The notes under the pieces were generated by a model. It saw only the letters and a list, made by a program, of their open reading frames with translations, had not been told where the DNA came from and ran no database searches. A stretch of 64,000 bases of DNA from Asterias rubens (lineage: Eukaryota), in assembly GCF_902459465.1 (NCBI RefSeq), contig NC_047081.1, positions 310,001 through 374,000 on the forward strand, in the 5' to 3' direction. Position 1 is the stretch's first letter. Each line of letters begins with the position of its first letter. A program made the translations under genes and the position numbers. Positions 59,101 through 64,000 of this stretch are shown here, piece after piece.

Positions 59101-60475
59101 GTGATGTAGGAGAAAAGTATAAATCAGATTTTAAATTGCACAAATATATCATAAATATATCATAAACTGGCAAAGAAGTGGACGTATGCAAGAGTTTTGG
59201 ACACACTTTTAAAAATGAATAATATGCATTATTCATGAGAGTCAGAGATGTCATTTCAGACGGTGCAAGATGAAATTGCACAAATGATAAAGATTACAAA
59301 CAGGCAAATGTTTGGGTTTGAGTTGTAACACTTTTAAAGAAATGCTGTGTTTTATGCATATAAAACTATGCATATTCATGAATCACACTGTGATGTAAGT
59401 TTTGGAGATAAATTAACAATTATATTGCACATTAAAGTCTTTTTTAGTGTCCTTTGTCACGATTGAATATTCATTCATGGGTTCTGATGGTTTGCTTGGG
59501 CAAGATTTTTTTTTACATTTTGTAGAAAATCTATGCATTGATTCATGTGATACGTTTGGATCTGAGAGCTGATTGATTATTGATCGATTCAAAGTTAAGA
59601 TCAATCTTGGCTCTGTATGAATTCAAGCCCAGAGCCCAATTTCAGAGAGCTGCTTATCAGCACAAAAAATATCTAATCACAACAAAACTATGCTTACAAG
59701 AATATGGCTACCAGCTAAAATACCATGTCACATGTAATATCTTTGACTGGTATCCTGCCTATTTTTACTAAGCAGGAAATATTTACTGCCTAAAAAGCAA
59801 CTCTATGAAATATGGCCTAGCCCTTGGTCTAGGTTCCCCTTCAATGGTTTCCAGGTAGACTTTCCAAAGGAAAAATGAAATGGCCTTTCCCTCTCAAATA
59901 CCAAATTCAATACCTGTGGGGTTTATGTTTTTGAATATTTGAGGTTAGAAATGTACTTACTCATCCAGAACCAGCTATGTACATGTACAAGTATGTCAAT
60001 TTGCATACTTGTTGTGTGTGTGGGGTTGGTGGTGGGGGAGGGGGGGGGGGGTAAATCTGTTTAGGCTGCAGAAATTAGTCAGTTCTAGGTTGTTGTTTTT
60101 TGCCCAAAGAACAAAATTCCCGGACAGAGCATACTTATCAAAGACATATGTCATGTTTTGCATATCTGTTTAAAATATGCACCACCGGATAAAAGGCCAC
60201 GTCACGGACCCTTGAACACTTCAACTACATGTAAAATACAACCCGTATTGCGAAAGTGATTGATAAGCAAACAACACGTAGTATGTGTTAGGCTTTCATG
60301 TTTAAATGGCTGGGTCGTCATGATCAAAGACATACAGAATTACTCTAGCTTTATGCGGGCACCTTCCCCCCGTATTATAGAAATAGATAGAGTGCGCATG
60401 GATCTGGATCGGTACTGCAAGCAATCTCCCAATTTGGGATGTATAGGTGTGCAGTAATTTGGTGAAGGTTTGTAA

Positions 60476-60698
60476 TGGACCCTTCCCATGAAATATGCTA
60501 ATTACATTCACGCATGCCTACAGACCCTGTTGGTGGGCAAACACCATAGAGTTGTGCACTCAGCAGACGCGCAATCGCATCTGCATCATGCACCCATTAG
60601 CTGGGTACAAAACAGTGCGATGTTCCCTCATTTTGCCAACCAAAATGTTAGTGCACACGCTCTATGTGCAATTTACATATTTCATGGGAAGGGTCTAT
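60476..60698. mobile_element. MITE with TIRs of about 28 bp
   Basis: TGGACCCTTCCCATGAAATATGCTAATT pairs with AATTTACATATTTCATGGGAAGGGTCTA. Confidence 0.65.
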
Positions 60699-61131
60699 TC
60701 CATGTGCAGACAAAGGCCTTCTTTGATCATGACGACATAGCTCCTAAATTAACTGGAACATTTCTATGAATAAACATGATGACTATTAAAAGGTTACTGG
60801 TCTCACCTGGACTTAACAAATTAGATGTCAACAAAATTATTAAATAAATAGGGTGTTCACATTGGTTACTATGTGTATTTTGTTCATGTATGAAAGTTAT
60901 AACTGGACATTTCAAAACACATTCAAAAGAAAATCCCCAAAAAGAAGACTAAATAATTGAATCATACGCATACGATGTCACCGCATGAGGGTACTCTCTC
61001 ATAGAGGTAAAAAGAAGGTATCTCATTAGCTCATCCTGTGCGCTGCACACAAACAACTACCATTGTTTTCAGTACCATTTTACCAGTCGGATGACTTCAA
61101 TGTACACACGTCCATTGCACTAGGATTTAAT

Positions 61132-62353
61132 TTAGTTGATTATTTCAACGTGAGCAGGTGGGGGTTCAGGTACCACTTTAGACTGCCGGACTTTCATCCT
61201 CTCCTCAGACGGACAGTTCTGTACATAAATGACGCGGTTATACGCCTTTAACCGTCTCCACAGCTGTAAATAAACCTTGCATTGGACGTACATGAATACC
61301 AGACCTCCCGTGAAGCCGATCGCAACGACAACGAGCTTGGTCCAGAACGGCCACTCGGTGGCGCCGTTGCTGTTGCGTAGTTCTGCTGTCAGACGGTCGA
61401 TGAGAACGTATAGGGCCCAGACAACGCAAGTGATCGCGATGATGTGGAATGAAACGGAGCAGATGATCTTGCGACGTTCGCCTGTTGACATCTCTAGCTT
61501 CTCCCACTGTGGGTAGACGATAATAAACGGAATTATTCACATACTCTAAAAGTTAACAAACATAAGAGGCCTAACACTTCGATCCTTTAGCAGAGTCTTT
61601 GTCAAAGGCTATAAGTACATAATGGGGGTGTCACGGTTGTCACAACTTGAACATGTTTTGGGGCCATCAAAATCTCTATTTCAACTTACCATGTTACCAT
61701 GTTTACAAAAATAGAGACCTTCTTAATGTACATTCCAGTGCGTTTTCCGGCAGGCAGAAGTGCTACACTGGGCATATGTGTTTCGTAATGTAAACACATT
61801 TTAAAATTGATAATTGTAAAAAGAACACTCAAAGAGTTTAAGGATGTGGCTATTTCTTCATATGAATTGCGTATGAAATGTTATCAAAAATCATTTCAGT
61901 TTTGAGCCTAAAAACAGGGGAAAACAGTGGCCCTGTTGTGTTGATATTATTTACCTTTCCTATTGGTTTCAGCTTAGTCTGCATAACAAACGGGAATCGA
62001 CACAACTCACAAGACTTTGTATTAGAGCTTTTGATCCACTGTTGCAGGCAAGCTTGATGGACGTGCTGAAGGCTACCCAAACACAGACACGGCGTAACCA
62101 ATGGCAACTCATCATCTCCCTCGCAGTGACAAATACGACAGATATCGTTGTTAGATGAAATCACCGAGACTGAGGATTGTGTGGAACCAGTACGGGTTAG
62201 AACCCCCTTAGACCAGCGTTGTTGTAAGGGTGGTTTATTTAGTTCGTCATTGTCTTTGTCGGGGGTTGTTGTTGATGTAGGCACAGTGCTTTGGTGTCCT
62301 TGTGTTCCTTGTGTTTGTCCATCTACTTGGCTGGGGATGTCTTTTGGGTCCAT
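61132..62353 (-). CDS. MARCHF8: MARCHF1/MARCHF8-like RING-CH membrane E3 ubiquitin ligase
   Basis: Exon 62401-61955 (first ATG at 62353) holds the [54 protein letters not shown]. Exon 61506-61132 holds [23 protein letters not shown]1, [27 protein letters not shown] and [18 protein letters not shown]. The join is phase 0 and GT-AG. The start may lie in an upstream exon. MARCHF1 and MARCHF8 cannot be distinguished. Confidence 0.92.
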
Positions 62354-62712
62354 GATGAAGGCAGGATTTTTCTTAGCATGGTTCTGTTTTTCGTCTTTTT
62401 CCTGTAACAAATATAAATCATTGCAATAAGTGAGTCCAGGGGTATAAATGGGTACCTGTTACCTGCAAGGGTAGAGGTTGATTTTGTTAATTACATGATT
62501 AGGATTAATGAGCGTGAAGTACAAAATGAGAACAGCCCTATAATATAATGCCATGCGACCAGATGCATTTTCAACCTGTGCATGAATTTGAAATTTTAAT
62601 GAGAGATTGCCTAATACCACAATGCTGGACGGTCACTTCAAGCTACACTTGACTGATTAGGGCTGTCCACCCAAATCAAATGTCACCAGGGGTGCGTTGT
62701 CAACTACTCCTG

Positions 62713-62840
62713 GGGTCAATCTCACAAAGATACAACACGTAGTTCTAACTTAGGACAAGTCCCAGGAGTTTACTAGTCCTAAGTAAAAATGAGTATTCCG
62801 TCCTAACTTTAGGTAAGACAAATCTTTGTTAAATCAACCC
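62713..62840. mobile_element. MITE of the same family, flanked by a CTG duplication (PIF/Harbinger-like)
   Basis: CTG|GGGTCAATCTCACAAAGA...TCTTTGTTAAATCAACCC|CTG. The 3-bp TSD suggests PIF/Harbinger (inference). Confidence 0.6.
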
Positions 62841-63077
62841 CTGGGATCATTCTGCCAAAAAACAGGGCGATGTAACAAAAGATGAATTTGCAAAATTAAT
62901 ATGACATTTCATACAGTATCAGCAAACTCTGACGTCATAATACACTGGTAATAGTAAACAAAATTTACCTTAAGTGCTTTTGGAAATCCCACTCCCGGAT
63001 TTCACTAATTGAGATTTATCTAAAAATAAATTGTCAAAGTAAACGCCACTAGCAGATCAACGATCAGTCTATCAGCG

Positions 63078-63252
63078 CAGGCCTGGTACTTCACGGAGGC
63101 AACGAAGGCAATTGCCTCCGTGTCCCCTTGTCATTGCCTTGGTGCTCTGAAATGCTCCAGTACAAATTTGCTATTTCATCACAGTTTGCCCTTTACCAAG
63201 AAGAAAATGCCTTGGTGCCCTTGCCCTTTCAAAGACGAAGCATACAGCCCTG
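63078..63252. mobile_element. CAGGCCTG-terminated MITE family (TGGTGCCCTTG-rich)
   Basis: Ends CAGGCCTG / CAGCCCTG. Related copies lie at 34706-34816, about 36930-37150, about 47810-48020 and about 12130-12220. Confidence 0.6.
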
Positions 63253-64000
63253 CGTCACTACTTCGGTAATTGTCCCTTCATAGCTTAGCAATGACACAAC
63301 ACTATGGTGACAGTAACAATTAACTTGTTTGGCCTCAGTGCTTAGATACATGTACATGGAAATCAGGCAAAGATTTATCTGTTTTAAAATAGATTCACAT
63401 TGTAAGCCCTTTCCCAGTATTTAAGCAACTACATCAACCTACATGTAATGGTGCCCACATTGGTTGTACACGTACTACACATACATAACACTATCTTGCT
63501 ACATTGTAGGTACGTGTGTAGATCTATGCCCTGCACCACATAAAAAAGACATAGGCCTACATGTACATGTAGCAATCTAAAATGTCAGAAACATGTTGAC
63601 ATTTAGAAACTAGGTTTTTTTTTTTTATTGTGCCAGAGTTTTGGGCGCATGTTTGCGATTGGTCAATGCAGAAGGGATCAACCCACGGCGCTTATAACCA
63701 AACAAATCAATAATCGGATACAATACAAATCACACTCTAACGGGGAAAAATAATATGTCTGTGATAAAGAAGTTTGAGAAAATTATAATCCCTTGTGGTT
63801 GTTGTAATAAACAGCTCGCCTTGCAAGATGATTTTTATTGTAGAACTAAAAACAACATTCAAGAAGATGAATTTTGATAATGCTAACAGTGCATGTTGTA
63901 CAATGTACAGTGTGTAGCTAGACCAATGTTGTGGGCTCTAAATCCAATTTAGTCCATAGGGAGGAACGGTTCAACAAAATTATTCATGTTTAGGTATGAC

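Noticed and set aside
32785-60051. Long G/C homopolymer runs (about 32785, 38877, 40560, 49138, 53756, 60035)
   Set aside because: They are simple low-complexity tracts, and G-quadruplex function cannot be supported from sequence alone.
8003-62429. Antisense or off-frame ORFs over real exons (8003-8236, 32965-33162, 51198-51551, 52121-52318, 61238-61540, 62148-62429)
   Set aside because: They are shadows of GC-richer coding exons with no independent evidence.
62969-63019. 51-nt exon-like segment upstream of MARCHF
   Set aside because: It has an in-frame TAG, so it is at most a 5' UTR exon and was not called as CDS.

Overview
AT-rich eukaryotic genomic DNA with spliced genes. The gene content and the MITE/SINE repeat types suggest an invertebrate deuterostome, probably a sea star; this is inference and the species cannot be confirmed from the window. 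I reconstructed six protein-coding genes by hand from splice signals and frame continuity. (1) AAK1/BMP2K-like kinase, first two coding exons (minus, runs off the left edge). (2) A complete 14-exon ASH2L (plus), head-to-head with the kinase. (3) An unrecognised two-exon gene for a 313-aa coiled-coil protein with a mitochondrial-type presequence (minus), tail-to-tail with ASH2L. (4) FAM149 (DUF3719), 12 linked coding exons with an unresolved 5' end (minus). (5) A complete 3-exon FUT11/POFUT4 (plus). (6) A MARCHF1/8-like RING-CH E3 ligase (minus). Introns and intergenic DNA are dense with short palindromic non-autonomous DNA transposons, tRNA-derived SINEs and minisatellites. There is no CRISPR array, rRNA or intact tRNA. 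The best leads are the orphan coiled-coil gene, a cluster of RFX X-boxes over the FAM149 5' region, and a compound hairpin in FUT11 intron 1 bounded by three copies of one 9-mer. I found no clearly new multi-gene system.
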